This document shows positions 10,704-21,368 of a DNA stretch of 64,000 bases, in pieces. This DNA comes from a virus. Every line of letters starts with the position of its first letter. The stretch's first letter is position 1. The notes beneath the pieces are model-generated. The model did no database searches. It worked only from the letters and a program-made list of their open reading frames with translations, and had not been told where the DNA came from. The position numbers and the translations under genes were made by a program. Where the stretch lies: the IMG/VR virus record IMGVR_UViG_3300027131_000001; one strand, 5' to 3'.

Positions 10704-12992
10704 TTAAAATTCTAGAATCAATTTAATTGTTTCTGTCTGTCCTGGTGTTTTAGTAACAGGAGTGAAGTTCTCAATATATATAACGTCTCCAGAACCGTCA
10801 ACCAAATCTCCGGACGTGATTCCGGAAACAAGAAACTGAGCTCCGGAAGTGGTCCCAGTGATATAATATGGAGTAGTTGCTTCACTTTGATTAATGGTTC
10901 CTTTTTTATCTACTAGCCTAACAGTAGTATTATTAGAATAATAGAAAAATCCGTTGGCATTTTCATTTTGTACCACCAACTCATCAGCACTGAAGTTCTG
11001 TGCTGTAAGCGTTCCAGTAACTTTATATGTCTGGTCAATATATGTTGTTGGTTGGGTGACAGTATCGGATACAGCCGTATACGTACTTGAATTACCGTAT
11101 AATAGACTCACTGTAGAGTTACCAGTTACAAAAAATCCATATGCATTAGTCAGCTTAACTACGGAATCATTTGCTGCATAAACAATTCCTCTTGCTGTTG
11201 TCGTCTTTGTCAAATCCACTACAGGAATGACTGTAGCAGTCTGACCAGTAAATGAATGACCGTTTTGTGTTAGACCTTTTGTTATGTTAACATTTGCTCC
11301 ATTGAGAGCAGTCGACAACTTCAATCCAGTTGAGTTAGCGGAAACAACATAATAAGATGTGTTGTTTGATAGACCAGATATTGCTGTATTTCCTGTAGCC
11401 ACAAGATATTTTACATAATCGTTATTTTGAAAAACGTTATTAGATATCGATATAAAATCGGTTGCATCTGTAACATCGCTATTTGCATTAAAATAAACAG
11501 GTGATGGTGGATTTACAGTTGCTGTAGGAGTGATATATCCCGCTCCATTATTTGCTATCTTTATTACTGATATTCTACCAGAAGAATTGGCTTCTGCATT
11601 TGCTAGAGCATCAACCGTACTTGATCCAGATATGGTTACCGTTGAGTTGGATGTATATCCAGAACCAGCACTTGTAATCACAATACTAGATATTGGTGAT
11701 CCCAAAGACTGACTAACCGTCTCTCCGTCTAAAAAGGTACCTGACGATAAACTAATATCTATTTCTACATTTGCAAACAACGGATCTTTTATAATTCCAA
11801 CCACTCTAAAATCATTAGAGTCGACAACTTTACCACCAGAAAGACTACTATCAAAAATAGTGCTAATTCCAACATAGTGTGCACCTAGTTCTGCTGCAGC
11901 ATTACTACCATGACCACCTTTTGGAGACAGAATAACCTTTGCAGTTGCAGTATTGGCTGTTATTGTACTTCCAGTATTAACGTTTATAATTCCTGTATTT
12001 CCAGTAACAACAACAGATGCATGTGTATATCCTTCTCCTCTACTTACTACTTCAATACTGTAGATGGTATTGCTTTGTGTGTTTACTATAGCACGAGCTT
12101 GTGCACCCGAACCATCTCCTGTAACAGTAACAAGCGGTGTTATTTCATATTGAGATGAAGTAGTTGGAGTAGTATCAAATGCTGAGTCTATAATAACACG
12201 CCTTGTTGTACCAGAGACAGTGTACCCTGTAACATACCTTTGTTGGCCACTACCAGTACCATTAGTAATCTTTAAAGCTGAGTTGATGTAGAAGTTAGCA
12301 TTTGATGATGCTGTAGTAGAATCAATAGCAAATATTAATGGATTACCACCAACCCTAACTTCTTGAAAATATCCACTTGTGTATGAAGCATATCTATCTC
12401 CACCTGAAGTAACAACTATACTATCAATAGATCCATACACCGCATTACCTACTACATTAGCATTTATAAACACTGGTATATGTGACGTAGTTGCAAATTT
12501 ATTATACTGAGTGGTTGTGATTGAATACATATACTTCCATTGGTACCCATCTGTGGGTGTGAAGTAAAAGTCATCGTCAGCTGATGTGTCAGAAAGTCTT
12601 GGTCGGTATGTTGATGGAACTCCGTTATTATTGTTTAAACACTTAAACACACTATATGAGCTTCCTTCATCAGAAAGAACATAGAAATTATTTTGGTAGT
12701 TATTAGTATCATGAACATACTGTTGGTATACTGTACCAGCTACCCAATTGTGTCTTGGTGCCATACTACAAACGTCTTCAGATGTTATTCTTTTACCGTA
12801 AATCATATTATTATATGTGTCAAACAGAGTGGTTTGCACTGTATCAACTAAAGTAGGAGGTGAGGCGTCTTCCGTATACGGTATAGGATTACCTATAAAA
12901 TAATAGTAGATATTGAAATTAGGTTCAGAAAACGATTCAATAAATTGATCTACGTTAAATAACTTAATGTTGTTTGTTATAAGTTTACTCAT
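10704..12992 (-). CDS. gp8: Baseplate wedge subunit gp8-like, expanded
   Basis: Motifs FYVL..VFKCLNNN, DGYQWKYMYSI, SPKGGHGSN and DFRVVGIIKDP. C-terminal SGDVIYIEN..QTETIKLILEF. Confidence 0.85.
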   Translation of the reverse strand: MSKLITNNIKLFNVDQFIESFSEPNFNIYYYFIGNPIPYTEDASPPTLVDTVQTTLFDTYNNMIYGKRITSEDVCSMAPRHNWVAGTVYQQYVHDTNNYQNNFYVLSDEGSSYSVFKCLNNNNGVPSTYRPRLSDTSADDDFYFTPTDGYQWKYMYSITTTQYNKFATTSHIPVFINANVVGNAVYGSIDSIVVTSGGDRYASYTSGYFQEVRVGGNPLIFAIDSTTASSNANFYINSALKITNGTGSGQQRYVTGYTVSGTTRRVIIDSAFDTTPTTSSQYEITPLVTVTGDGSGAQARAIVNTQSNTIYSIEVVSRGEGYTHASVVVTGNTGIINVNTGSTITANTATAKVILSPKGGHGSNAAAELGAHYVGISTIFDSSLSGGKVVDSNDFRVVGIIKDPLFANVEIDISLSSGTFLDGETVSQSLGSPISSIVITSAGSGYTSNSTVTISGSSTVDALANAEANSSGRISVIKIANNGAGYITPTATVNPPSPVYFNANSDVTDATDFISISNNVFQNNDYVKYLVATGNTAISGLSNNTSYYVVSANSTGLKLSTALNGANVNITKGLTQNGHSFTGQTATVIPVVDLTKTTTARGIVYAANDSVVKLTNAYGFFVTGNSTVSLLYGNSSTYTAVSDTVTQPTTYIDQTYKVTGTLTAQNFSADELVVQNENANGFFYYSNNTTVRLVDKKGTINQSEATTPYYITGTTSGAQFLVSGITSGDLVDGSGDVIYIENFTPVTKTPGQTETIKLILEF

Positions 12993-15900
12993 ATGATTAT
13001 TTGTACACCGGAGGTTGTTATTGCCAGGTTAACATTTGATGTTTTAACCACATTTCCAAAAAGCTTTGTACCTGCAACATGCATTAACTTCTTCAAAGTT
13101 TCTCCATATACGTCTAATGGAACTGCTGCTTGAACTTGATATGAATAAGTTTGGTAAAAATCACCATCGTGTATGTATTTATCACTGTTCAAGAACCCTT
13201 TAGTGGATTTGAAGTACCCTTCTCCAACTCCTTGGTTAATTAAATTTATATAACCACTAGCAATGTACGGACTGTCTTCCTTGCTTAAAGTAATTGGCTC
13301 GCCTTGCTCATATGCAAATCCTGAGTCAATAATAGATAGATCGGATATAGATCCATTGACAATCCCAGCAAAGGAATTAACAACTGCGTTGTTACCCATA
13401 AGAGAAGAACCTGCAATCTGAGAAACACTTCCAACATCAGCTGTTGCTCCTGAAATACTTCCTGTTATTGGTATTCCTGCCGTGAATGATTGGTTAAATG
13501 TCTTTCTTGTTGCATTAATAAATGACGAAGATGAATTAATAACATTTCCTCTTGATATTGATATTTGTGCGTTTGCTAATGATGTATCAATGAAGAATAT
13601 ACGTCCTGAAGTCATACCAATAGCGACGTTAGTTGCTTTAGATATTGTATTTGTACTTGTGATTACAGCACTGTTTGTTTTTAAATTTAATGTAGTATTA
13701 TTACTAATTGTGTTAATTTGAAATACTAAATTATTTCCTGAGAACTTAATAAAGTCACCAGCAGTAAATGATGATGTAAATGTCGTTCCTGTACCATTAA
13801 CCTGTGGACTTGTTGCATTTGATGTTACAGTACCTGTTGCTGCAGCACTGAGGGCTGAGTTAACAAAGCTGTTACCATAGGTTGAATTAGACGTACCACT
13901 AACTACTACAAAAGCAACACTTGTATTAGAAGAAGTAACTTGTCCATATCCGTTTGCGGTAGAATTGATTACTTGAGTGATATTCTCATTTGTAGTATAT
14001 GATGTGTTAGATCCACTAATAGATAAAGTGTAAGAAGGTTTAGAGAAGTTCTGTACTAGCTCTTCACCCACAGTAAAATTACCAGATTTGTTAGATATTG
14101 CAATATGCAAATCACGTCTGTTAAATTGAGATATTCCATCATCTCTAACTAGAACGAATGGAGATATATTATAGCCTGATCCAGGATTGATACCTGCAAG
14201 AGAAGAAATTGTACCTATATTATATGAATCAGTTGTAAGAACATTATTTAATATAATGTTAATATTAGCAGTTGGCATTTTTGGAAAACCATATTGCAAA
14301 GCATTCAATGGAATAGTTTTATATTGGCCGTTGGTAACAGATATTGTGTTTGATGTTGCTAATCGGGAATTTGCTGTGAGGGTAAGAATAGTGTTATTAG
14401 ATACAACGTTGACCTGATATACTGCCGTATTACCACCAAATTTTATATAAGCGCCACTGTATAGATCCGTTGTAAACGATGTACCTACTCCGTTAACTTG
14501 AGGACTTGTTGTATTGGATGTTACTGTTCCAGATAATAATAATGTAGTGATTCCATTGTTTCCTCCAATCAAATCTGTATTTAAAAATACAGATTCTTCA
14601 TCGGTCAATCCACCAACAGTGAACGTAGCACCAGAACCTGAACCAACTACACTTACATTTGCATATACGTTTGATGTTGCTCCGTAAAAGAAGTTATAGT
14701 TATTAGATGAAAAAGAATTGGATACCTCTGTTAACCCAATTGCTTCTGCATTTACTCCTATTACTCTACCTGTTGCTGTTCTATCTGTATAGGAAGATAT
14801 AAGAGCAGCTGAACCAGATATCCTGTCTGTTAATGACCAATCTCCTGATAGTTTGATTACCAAGAAACTTCCGTTAGCCTGCGTCATCCCGTTTGCCGTG
14901 ACATCTGGTCCAACAGTTGTTAATGTCAACTGAGTATTACTGGTAACTGAGTATACTTGAAACGTTGACGTACATGCTTGAAATTTGACATAATCATTAT
15001 TAGCAATTTGAGACACAAACGATGTACCGACTCCTACTACAGTGTTTGAAGTAGAATTGGAAGTAACTGTACCTGTAATATTATTCTGGAATTTACCAAC
15101 AATTCTACCAGTCGATAAAGATGTTGTTGCATTTGCTCCAGTTACAAAATCACCTATTTGAAAAGATGTATTGGATGAGTAGAAAGCAATGTTTGCTAGG
15201 GGCTGGTATACGTACTCATCAATAGAAAAATCATTTATGTATACATTAGCCGATGACTTATTAGTAATGGATAACATAACTTCAGCAATCTTGGGAACTG
15301 TCACTAATCTGTATCCAGTACCACCGTCCAAAAGCGTAAATGAAACCTTACCAGTAGAATTCACACTGCTGTTAATTCTTGCTTTACCCTGTTTACCGCG
15401 TCTTTGAGAGACAATATCAACAACATCTCCAGCACTGAATTCACGACCTCCATCATTAATAGTTATAGTGGTAGCAGATCCAACTACTACAGGACATTCT
15501 TGAAGATCTCCATCTACAGTTATCACTTCATCATATAAAAAGTTACCTCTAATATTGGAAAGGTAGAGTATATCAATATATCTACCAGCCAAAGTCTTTC
15601 TACTGATACCCTCAACAAAAGCAGTAGCATTTGATGTGGATCCTGTGATTTGTTTTCCTTGGAATGTAGGAGTTTTAGGCGATAGAGATATCTCAAGATA
15701 TGAAGGAACAAACCATTCTCCGTCAGATGGTTTTATTACATCGCTACCTGGATAGTATAAATTTATATCAGATAGTCCCCATACTTCTTGAAATATTAAC
15801 TTAACACCTCTTTCTGTTCCTTTGGATCTATAGATATCTAGAGAGTTTTTAACATTTGATCTAGTTTTATTATAAAATACAGGAGCGCCAGGAAGGTATT

Positions 15901-16111
15901 TTTCTTTAAAGTGATATAAAAACTCATCTATGGTTTTATCAATATCACGATACTCTAACAGGTTTCTTGCAAAATATATGTTATTATTTGTCTGCTGAGT
16001 CCAGTTATAATACTCTTTTACAAACTCAATAAAATTATTTCCTTGCTCATTATAAAAATCAGGAAAATGATTCTGTACAAAAATACTAATGTTGTCTTCT
16101 ATCTCTTTCAT
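12989..16111 (-). CDS. gp7: Baseplate wedge initiator gp7-like, with inserted beta-rich repeats
   Basis: FIEFVKEYY, YRSKGTERG and IKPSDGEW motifs. C-terminal IHDGDFYQTYSY..LMHVAGTKLFG. Synteny after gp6. Confidence 0.85.
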   Translation of the reverse strand: MKEIEDNISIFVQNHFPDFYNEQGNNFIEFVKEYYNWTQQTNNNIYFARNLLEYRDIDKTIDEFLYHFKEKYLPGAPVFYNKTRSNVKNSLDIYRSKGTERGVKLIFQEVWGLSDINLYYPGSDVIKPSDGEWFVPSYLEISLSPKTPTFQGKQITGSTSNATAFVEGISRKTLAGRYIDILYLSNIRGNFLYDEVITVDGDLQECPVVVGSATTITINDGGREFSAGDVVDIVSQRRGKQGKARINSSVNSTGKVSFTLLDGGTGYRLVTVPKIAEVMLSITNKSSANVYINDFSIDEYVYQPLANIAFYSSNTSFQIGDFVTGANATTSLSTGRIVGKFQNNITGTVTSNSTSNTVVGVGTSFVSQIANNDYVKFQACTSTFQVYSVTSNTQLTLTTVGPDVTANGMTQANGSFLVIKLSGDWSLTDRISGSAALISSYTDRTATGRVIGVNAEAIGLTEVSNSFSSNNYNFFYGATSNVYANVSVVGSGSGATFTVGGLTDEESVFLNTDLIGGNNGITTLLLSGTVTSNTTSPQVNGVGTSFTTDLYSGAYIKFGGNTAVYQVNVVSNNTILTLTANSRLATSNTISVTNGQYKTIPLNALQYGFPKMPTANINIILNNVLTTDSYNIGTISSLAGINPGSGYNISPFVLVRDDGISQFNRRDLHIAISNKSGNFTVGEELVQNFSKPSYTLSISGSNTSYTTNENITQVINSTANGYGQVTSSNTSVAFVVVSGTSNSTYGNSFVNSALSAAATGTVTSNATSPQVNGTGTTFTSSFTAGDFIKFSGNNLVFQINTISNNTTLNLKTNSAVITSTNTISKATNVAIGMTSGRIFFIDTSLANAQISISRGNVINSSSSFINATRKTFNQSFTAGIPITGSISGATADVGSVSQIAGSSLMGNNAVVNSFAGIVNGSISDLSIIDSGFAYEQGEPITLSKEDSPYIASGYINLINQGVGEGYFKSTKGFLNSDKYIHDGDFYQTYSYQVQAAVPLDVYGETLKKLMHVAGTKLFGNVVKTSNVNLAITTSGVQIII

Positions 16112-17895
16112 GATTTTACAGGCGTCATGGTTACTATAAGATCTTCTTCTTTGATTTTGAGAATATGCTGTAATGTTGTATTGTAATCTCTGCTTATAGG
16201 TTTTACATATAATTTAATTCCGCTACCAGAATAACTCTCAACATTGAGGTTTGTAATATTGATTACCCCTGTAGTATAATTAACTGTTCCTACTCTTAAA
16301 ATTTCTATGTGACTATCAGCAGTCTGCTTTACAATTCTAATGATTCCTAAACCATCATCCTCTAGCTGACAGGTTACTCCTTCTACCACAAATGAGGTTG
16401 AATATAATCCTCTTTCTGCAGATAATGGATGACTTGTTTCAGAAGGAGTTGTTACAAGTAATTCAGTATCAAACGAGAAATCAAAGCTAGTATTAGTTCC
16501 AAGTATAGGAGTTAGCAAAAAATACGGTATTACATCTGTATCATTATTAATAAATGATGAATCATATCCATCTATATAACTAACAAATTTACTATACCTA
16601 AAATTAGCATTAAAATTATTCAAGTACGTATTATTGTATTCAACAATTGCTAGTAGAGCTCTTGTCTTTAATTCATTGGCTGAGAATGTTGTAGTATTAT
16701 AATTGTAGTTTATATTAGATACTACACTCAAATAAACAAACAAAGGTTCTACAACGTCTACTGTAATACCTATTGGTGTTTTGTCTTTTAAATAATCCTT
16801 GTAGATTTGTTTAGTAATTTCAGGAATACCGTCTGCATTCGAAATATCAACGGACACATATACTTTACCGTATTCGGGTGGATTTATTTTTTCACCACCA
16901 TAAACGGAAATTGCCTGTATTTCCGGAAACTCTCTGGTCAAAAGTGTCTCGTAATCACTCTCAGTAACTGCTCTTTCTTGAGTCTGAAAACTTCTTGGTG
17001 CATTGAATTTAATTGACGTATTAGACTCAGAAACCGATCCATTACGAGCTTCCACGTTAGTTGATATGGCTACATTGGAGTGGCCATCAATACTGGTGTT
17101 ATTAATAAACGAATCTGATCCATTTGGCAATTCACCATTACATATACGATAGGTAACACCAATTACAGCCCCGTTCAAAGGAGTACGACCTGCAGAGTTG
17201 TCTCCAAAAACTACCTCATACTGTTCGTTTTCTGCTGCTTGAATAAAAAATACTTGAGAGTTTGAGGACACCCCAAACATAGAAGGAGCATGCACGTACG
17301 AATATACGTTAGCTCCGCTATTCTCAGTCACAGAGATTTCTATACTTGTGGTGTCTATGTTTGGATTATTTAAAATAAATCGTTGGTTTGATATATTATC
17401 GTTTTTAATGAAAGTATCTGTAACATATGACCCCTCATACAATATAATATTATCAGCTAAAAATATTCCGTTATTACTTGTTGTGATAGCAATTGTTTCA
17501 CTTGTAACAAAATTAAACGTATTCGAGCCAATTCTAGTACTGAATCCAGTTTTAGAAGGAATTACAACAGATGTTACACTTGTAGAAGGAGTTACTGATA
17601 TATTAACATTTGCTTGAGCTGATCTAAAAGATCTTGGTAGATAATTTAACTCTTTAGCATGTGATACTATACTATCTCTTAGTTGAGCAGTATCTAAGAA
17701 CATTTCACTAGCAACCATATTAAGATAGAACGTATTCAAATAGGTATTATAGGTTAGTAAATCTAGCAACACGCTCATGTTCGATCCATCAAAATTATAG
17801 TCTTGAAACTTTGATTGGGAAGTGAGATGAGTTTTTAGAGACGACTTCAAAGCGTCGAAATCTAAATTGACTAGGTTGATAGAAGAGTTAGCCAT
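16108..17895 (-). CDS. gp6: Baseplate wedge subunit gp6
   Basis: LDFDALKSSLK..FQDYNFDGSNMSVLLDLL; EMFLDTAQLRDSIVSHAKELNY; QERAVTESDY; PPEYGKVY. Confidence 0.95.
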   Translation of the reverse strand: MANSSINLVNLDFDALKSSLKTHLTSQSKFQDYNFDGSNMSVLLDLLTYNTYLNTFYLNMVASEMFLDTAQLRDSIVSHAKELNYLPRSFRSAQANVNISVTPSTSVTSVVIPSKTGFSTRIGSNTFNFVTSETIAITTSNNGIFLADNIILYEGSYVTDTFIKNDNISNQRFILNNPNIDTTSIEISVTENSGANVYSYVHAPSMFGVSSNSQVFFIQAAENEQYEVVFGDNSAGRTPLNGAVIGVTYRICNGELPNGSDSFINNTSIDGHSNVAISTNVEARNGSVSESNTSIKFNAPRSFQTQERAVTESDYETLLTREFPEIQAISVYGGEKINPPEYGKVYVSVDISNADGIPEITKQIYKDYLKDKTPIGITVDVVEPLFVYLSVVSNINYNYNTTTFSANELKTRALLAIVEYNNTYLNNFNANFRYSKFVSYIDGYDSSFINNDTDVIPYFLLTPILGTNTSFDFSFDTELLVTTPSETSHPLSAERGLYSTSFVVEGVTCQLEDDGLGIIRIVKQTADSHIEILRVGTVNYTTGVINITNLNVESYSGSGIKLYVKPISRDYNTTLQHILKIKEEDLIVTMTPVKS

Positions 17896-17896
17896 T

Positions 17897-18322
17897 TTAC
17901 CTTATTCTTGAAAGAAAGAAACTTATAGAGATATTCTCTGGATTATTTATAGTGGTAAAGAATAGTTGAAGTTCAATCATATGAGCTTCTTGGGTCTCCT
18001 TAACAACCACCTTGATTGTTTTTACTCTTGGCTCAAAGTTCTCTACAGCAGTTTTTATTTCTGTCTCTATTGACTTTGAAGTAAATTCTGAAAAGTTTTC
18101 AAATAATAATCCTGATATATTGCAACCAAAATCTGGACGAAATGGGCGTTCTCCTTTTTTGGTCAGTATAATATTCTTCAATGAGTTAATAATTGCTTCT
18201 TCGTTTGTATTACGAGCAATATCTTTTGTACCGTAGTTTTTATTGAGGTTGTTGTAAAAATCACTATACCTCTCTGATATTAAAGATGTTGTTGTAAATT
18301 TATCTGCGTATGACGTTGCCAT
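17897..18322 (-). CDS. gp25: Baseplate wedge subunit gp25
   Basis: SLKNIILTKKGERPFRPDFGCNI..LFE..NFEPRV. Confidence 0.93.
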   Translation of the reverse strand: MATSYADKFTTTSLISERYSDFYNNLNKNYGTKDIARNTNEEAIINSLKNIILTKKGERPFRPDFGCNISGLLFENFSEFTSKSIETEIKTAVENFEPRVKTIKVVVKETQEAHMIELQLFFTTINNPENISISFFLSRIR

Positions 18323-19210
18323 TTAATCTCCGATGAATACTGTTCTGGATCCCTCACCAATACCTTTCGTTCCATCCACTTCAGAATCCGGTACGTCATC
18401 ACCAATTCTGGCAGCACCCATAGATCCGTTGTTTATATTAACGGTAGATCCATTCATTACTATTGGACCATTAACGTTCAAGGTATAAGAGCCATTAACC
18501 TGAGTACTAACATTTCCCTTGATAATTAGATTAATATTACCACCAACGTAAACATTGTTGTTATTTGTGGTAATGTCATACCGATCATCTACTGTTTTTA
18601 TTACAAGTTCGCCAGTATTATCAATCTCAACATAAGTTCCGGACTTGTGCATAATATGAATCCGCTCATTATTAGGAGTATCATCTAGCTCAATTAAGTG
18701 ACCGCCCTCTGATCTAATTACTTTGTTATAAGGATATTTAGTATTGTACTTGGAAGCTGGTTCACCAGGAAAAGGAGTGCTAGCGGGTATTTTTTTACTG
18801 TTCTTTAAAGATTCAACTGTATTGTACGATATTGCATTACTTGGAACTTCGTTGATTTCGTCCCTACCGACAATTGCTGCTGTCGTACCTAATATGATAG
18901 GCATTTGACATTCTTGTCCATCAGCAAAGAAACCAAAGACAGTTGTACCCACCATTGCTCCAACTGGACTTATCCCTACTCCGTCTTTTATGTTTCCAAC
19001 TATACCAGCGCTCATGATAGAGTTGATTGGGATCGCCCACGGTAGGTGATCAGTAGGAACAGCAACTAAATCTGGTTGACCAGATGACATAAACGGATGA
19101 ACGTTGTATACCCGCACTCTAAGTCTACCGAGTAGTTTAGGATCATCCCGATCTTCAACAACCCCAAAAAACCATCTAAATCCTTCTTCACCCATTGCAT
19201 ATGTTGTCAT
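18323..19210 (-). CDS. gp5: Baseplate central spike gp5-like (OB-fold plus beta-helix, no lysozyme domain)
   Basis: FRWFFGVVEDRDDP..GRLRVR; LPWA; GFFADG; YPYNKV..SEGGHLIELDDTPNNERI. Confidence 0.92.
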   Translation of the reverse strand: MTTYAMGEEGFRWFFGVVEDRDDPKLLGRLRVRVYNVHPFMSSGQPDLVAVPTDHLPWAIPINSIMSAGIVGNIKDGVGISPVGAMVGTTVFGFFADGQECQMPIILGTTAAIVGRDEINEVPSNAISYNTVESLKNSKKIPASTPFPGEPASKYNTKYPYNKVIRSEGGHLIELDDTPNNERIHIMHKSGTYVEIDNTGELVIKTVDDRYDITTNNNNVYVGGNINLIIKGNVSTQVNGSYTLNVNGPIVMNGSTVNINNGSMGAARIGDDVPDSEVDGTKGIGEGSRTVFIGD

Positions 19211-20499
19211 GTTGAAAATTCTCCTCTTCCAAATCGCATTAACTCAAGGTGGGTATCATACTTTGCTATTTCACTATTAGTTATAGTATGTTTACATGCA
19301 GTAACCATGTAGTATCCACTCTCTCTTTGATTACTGTCTTCCATTTTCATAACTGAATCATACCTTGGAACTTTGAGATATATTATGGTACCTGCATTTA
19401 TTCTTGTATTGCCTGGAATATCAATGTATGTTTTTTCTTGAGTGAATAAGTTTGCAAAACATACCCGCTCAGCAACGTTATCGTAAATAAAATTAGACAC
19501 GTTATTGTTTGTATCTTTGTATTTTAAAAATGGTAAGAATAATGCTTTGTTTGGGTTAGGGGTGTATTTTGTAAATACTTGTTTTGATACTTTAGGATTT
19601 TTATTGTTTGTTGTATCTACGAATTGAGGATTGTCAGGATTATTCTCAAACAACCTTGCTTGATATGTTTTGGTTGTAATGTCAAACTGAGTAACTACAG
19701 ATTTTAATCCTCCGTTTTTGAAGGTATTATTTAAATTAAAGGAAGATTTTACGGTATAATTATCAAACAAATGGAACATATCGCGATCTGTAATATCACT
19801 TGAAGCTCCTTTTGAGGTTTGATTTATTCCCTCTTTCTGAAAGAAAGTTTGAGGTGATTTATTGAGTCCAATATTATACAATCCCTCGACAGTAGCAAAC
19901 GTATACCCCTTATCAGTTTCAAAAAAAAGAAACGTTGATGATTTATATTTCTGAGAAACTGCTCTTTGTCTTAAAAAATCAATCGATTTGAAGGGTGACA
20001 TATAGGGAAGAATAACAATAGGAGGATCTTTAGTGTCTTCGAGATATACGTTCTTCTTGCTATGTAAATAGTTACTAATAATATCATTAACTATTTCAGA
20101 GGTACCAATATTGTAGCTCTTTGCAATAGATGTACTGTTATCTTGTAAAAGCTCAGCGCTGGCCAATCTAAGCATCACATTTTTTGATCTCAGGTTTGTG
20201 TTTGGAACATTATATACCAATTCAATAACTTTGAAAGTATATTTCAAACTTTCATCGCTACCATATCCAACAAACTCTATAATAAAATCCTCATCTCCGG
20301 TTATATTGTGATTTTCAATAAAACTTGCTCCATCCAAAAGCACTAAATCAGCTGTTATGAATGGATTAAAAACATTTTCGTAAATATCAATAGAACCAAA
20401 AAACTCTAGAAACTTTGAGTTCTTATCAATTGTGATAGACTTATTATGATTGGTAATTGATATGCTTGTAATATCGCACTGACTTGGTGTTAGTATCAT
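19207..20499 (-). CDS. Baseplate hub protein (gp27-like)
   Basis: IYENVFNPFITA; FLFFETDKGYTF; IPGNTRINAG..SGYYMVTACKH. Lies between gp53 and gp5. Confidence 0.7.
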   Translation of the reverse strand: MILTPSQCDITSISITNHNKSITIDKNSKFLEFFGSIDIYENVFNPFITADLVLLDGASFIENHNITGDEDFIIEFVGYGSDESLKYTFKVIELVYNVPNTNLRSKNVMLRLASAELLQDNSTSIAKSYNIGTSEIVNDIISNYLHSKKNVYLEDTKDPPIVILPYMSPFKSIDFLRQRAVSQKYKSSTFLFFETDKGYTFATVEGLYNIGLNKSPQTFFQKEGINQTSKGASSDITDRDMFHLFDNYTVKSSFNLNNTFKNGGLKSVVTQFDITTKTYQARLFENNPDNPQFVDTTNNKNPKVSKQVFTKYTPNPNKALFLPFLKYKDTNNNVSNFIYDNVAERVCFANLFTQEKTYIDIPGNTRINAGTIIYLKVPRYDSVMKMEDSNQRESGYYMVTACKHTITNSEIAKYDTHLELMRFGRGEFST

Positions 20500-21365
20500 G
20501 AAGAAAGCAATTCCTTAAATTCTTTTTGAATTGCTTCAACATAAGCAATATCAATAAGTTTGATGTTCTTTTTCTTCTCGTTTAGTTCATTCTCATATTC
20601 GTAAAAAGTATTGCTTTCAAAATAAGATTGTATAGTTGATGAAATGCTTGTTGCTAATGTGTTTGTAGAAGATATAACTGCATTTGCACCACTTTCTGAT
20701 CCTTTCAAATTATAAGTGGTTGAAATTGTACCAATTATATTTTTTAATATTGTTAATGAAGAGTTTGCAAAAGAAACCTCTGCACTACCAGTTACAGTTC
20801 CACTTTGCTGGTATACATATTCCCCCTCAATAAACACGGTATTTCCAACTAACGAAATATTAGTTTGGATAATTTTATTTGTTTCAAACACTACATCTTC
20901 TTTTTTACGTTCATATCTAATAATAGAATTATTAATTCCAACAACAGGATCCCAGAATCTTTTTTGATCGGCAGAAAGAGCGTTGAAAGCAGTGACAGAT
21001 ATCATTGAATCATCAGTAGCATAATTAGATCTAAAAAATTTAATTTTAGTCCTTGCATCTGTCAATGATCCATATTTTACAGTTATAAATCTGTTGAATG
21101 TATCTTGATCCATATACCAATCATAGTATGGATCTACGATATTGTTACAGTAGTACACAAGCCAGTCATAGCCAGGATCACCGTAATACAGGTGAGCTAT
21201 CGTATCTGCTCTATCCCCTTCACGAATTGTGTAAGGGTGGAATACTTCGTAATTTTCCTGTATTTTTTTCTGGAATGCTACTTTGGCAAATATGTTTACT
21301 GATACGGTATTCGCAACCGAGTTGCCGTATTGTACAAGTGGGAAGTGTTTAAAAAATCTATCCAT
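20496..21365 (-). CDS. gp53: Baseplate wedge protein gp53 (LysM-like)
   Basis: FFKHFP; YTIREGDRADTIAHLYYGDP..WLV..NNIVDPYYDW; YEYENELNEKKKNIKLI. Confidence 0.9.
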   Translation of the reverse strand: MDRFFKHFPLVQYGNSVANTVSVNIFAKVAFQKKIQENYEVFHPYTIREGDRADTIAHLYYGDPGYDWLVYYCNNIVDPYYDWYMDQDTFNRFITVKYGSLTDARTKIKFFRSNYATDDSMISVTAFNALSADQKRFWDPVVGINNSIIRYERKKEDVVFETNKIIQTNISLVGNTVFIEGEYVYQQSGTVTGSAEVSFANSSLTILKNIIGTISTTYNLKGSESGANAVISSTNTLATSISSTIQSYFESNTFYEYENELNEKKKNIKLIDIAYVEAIQKEFKELLSS

Positions 21366-21368
21366 TTT

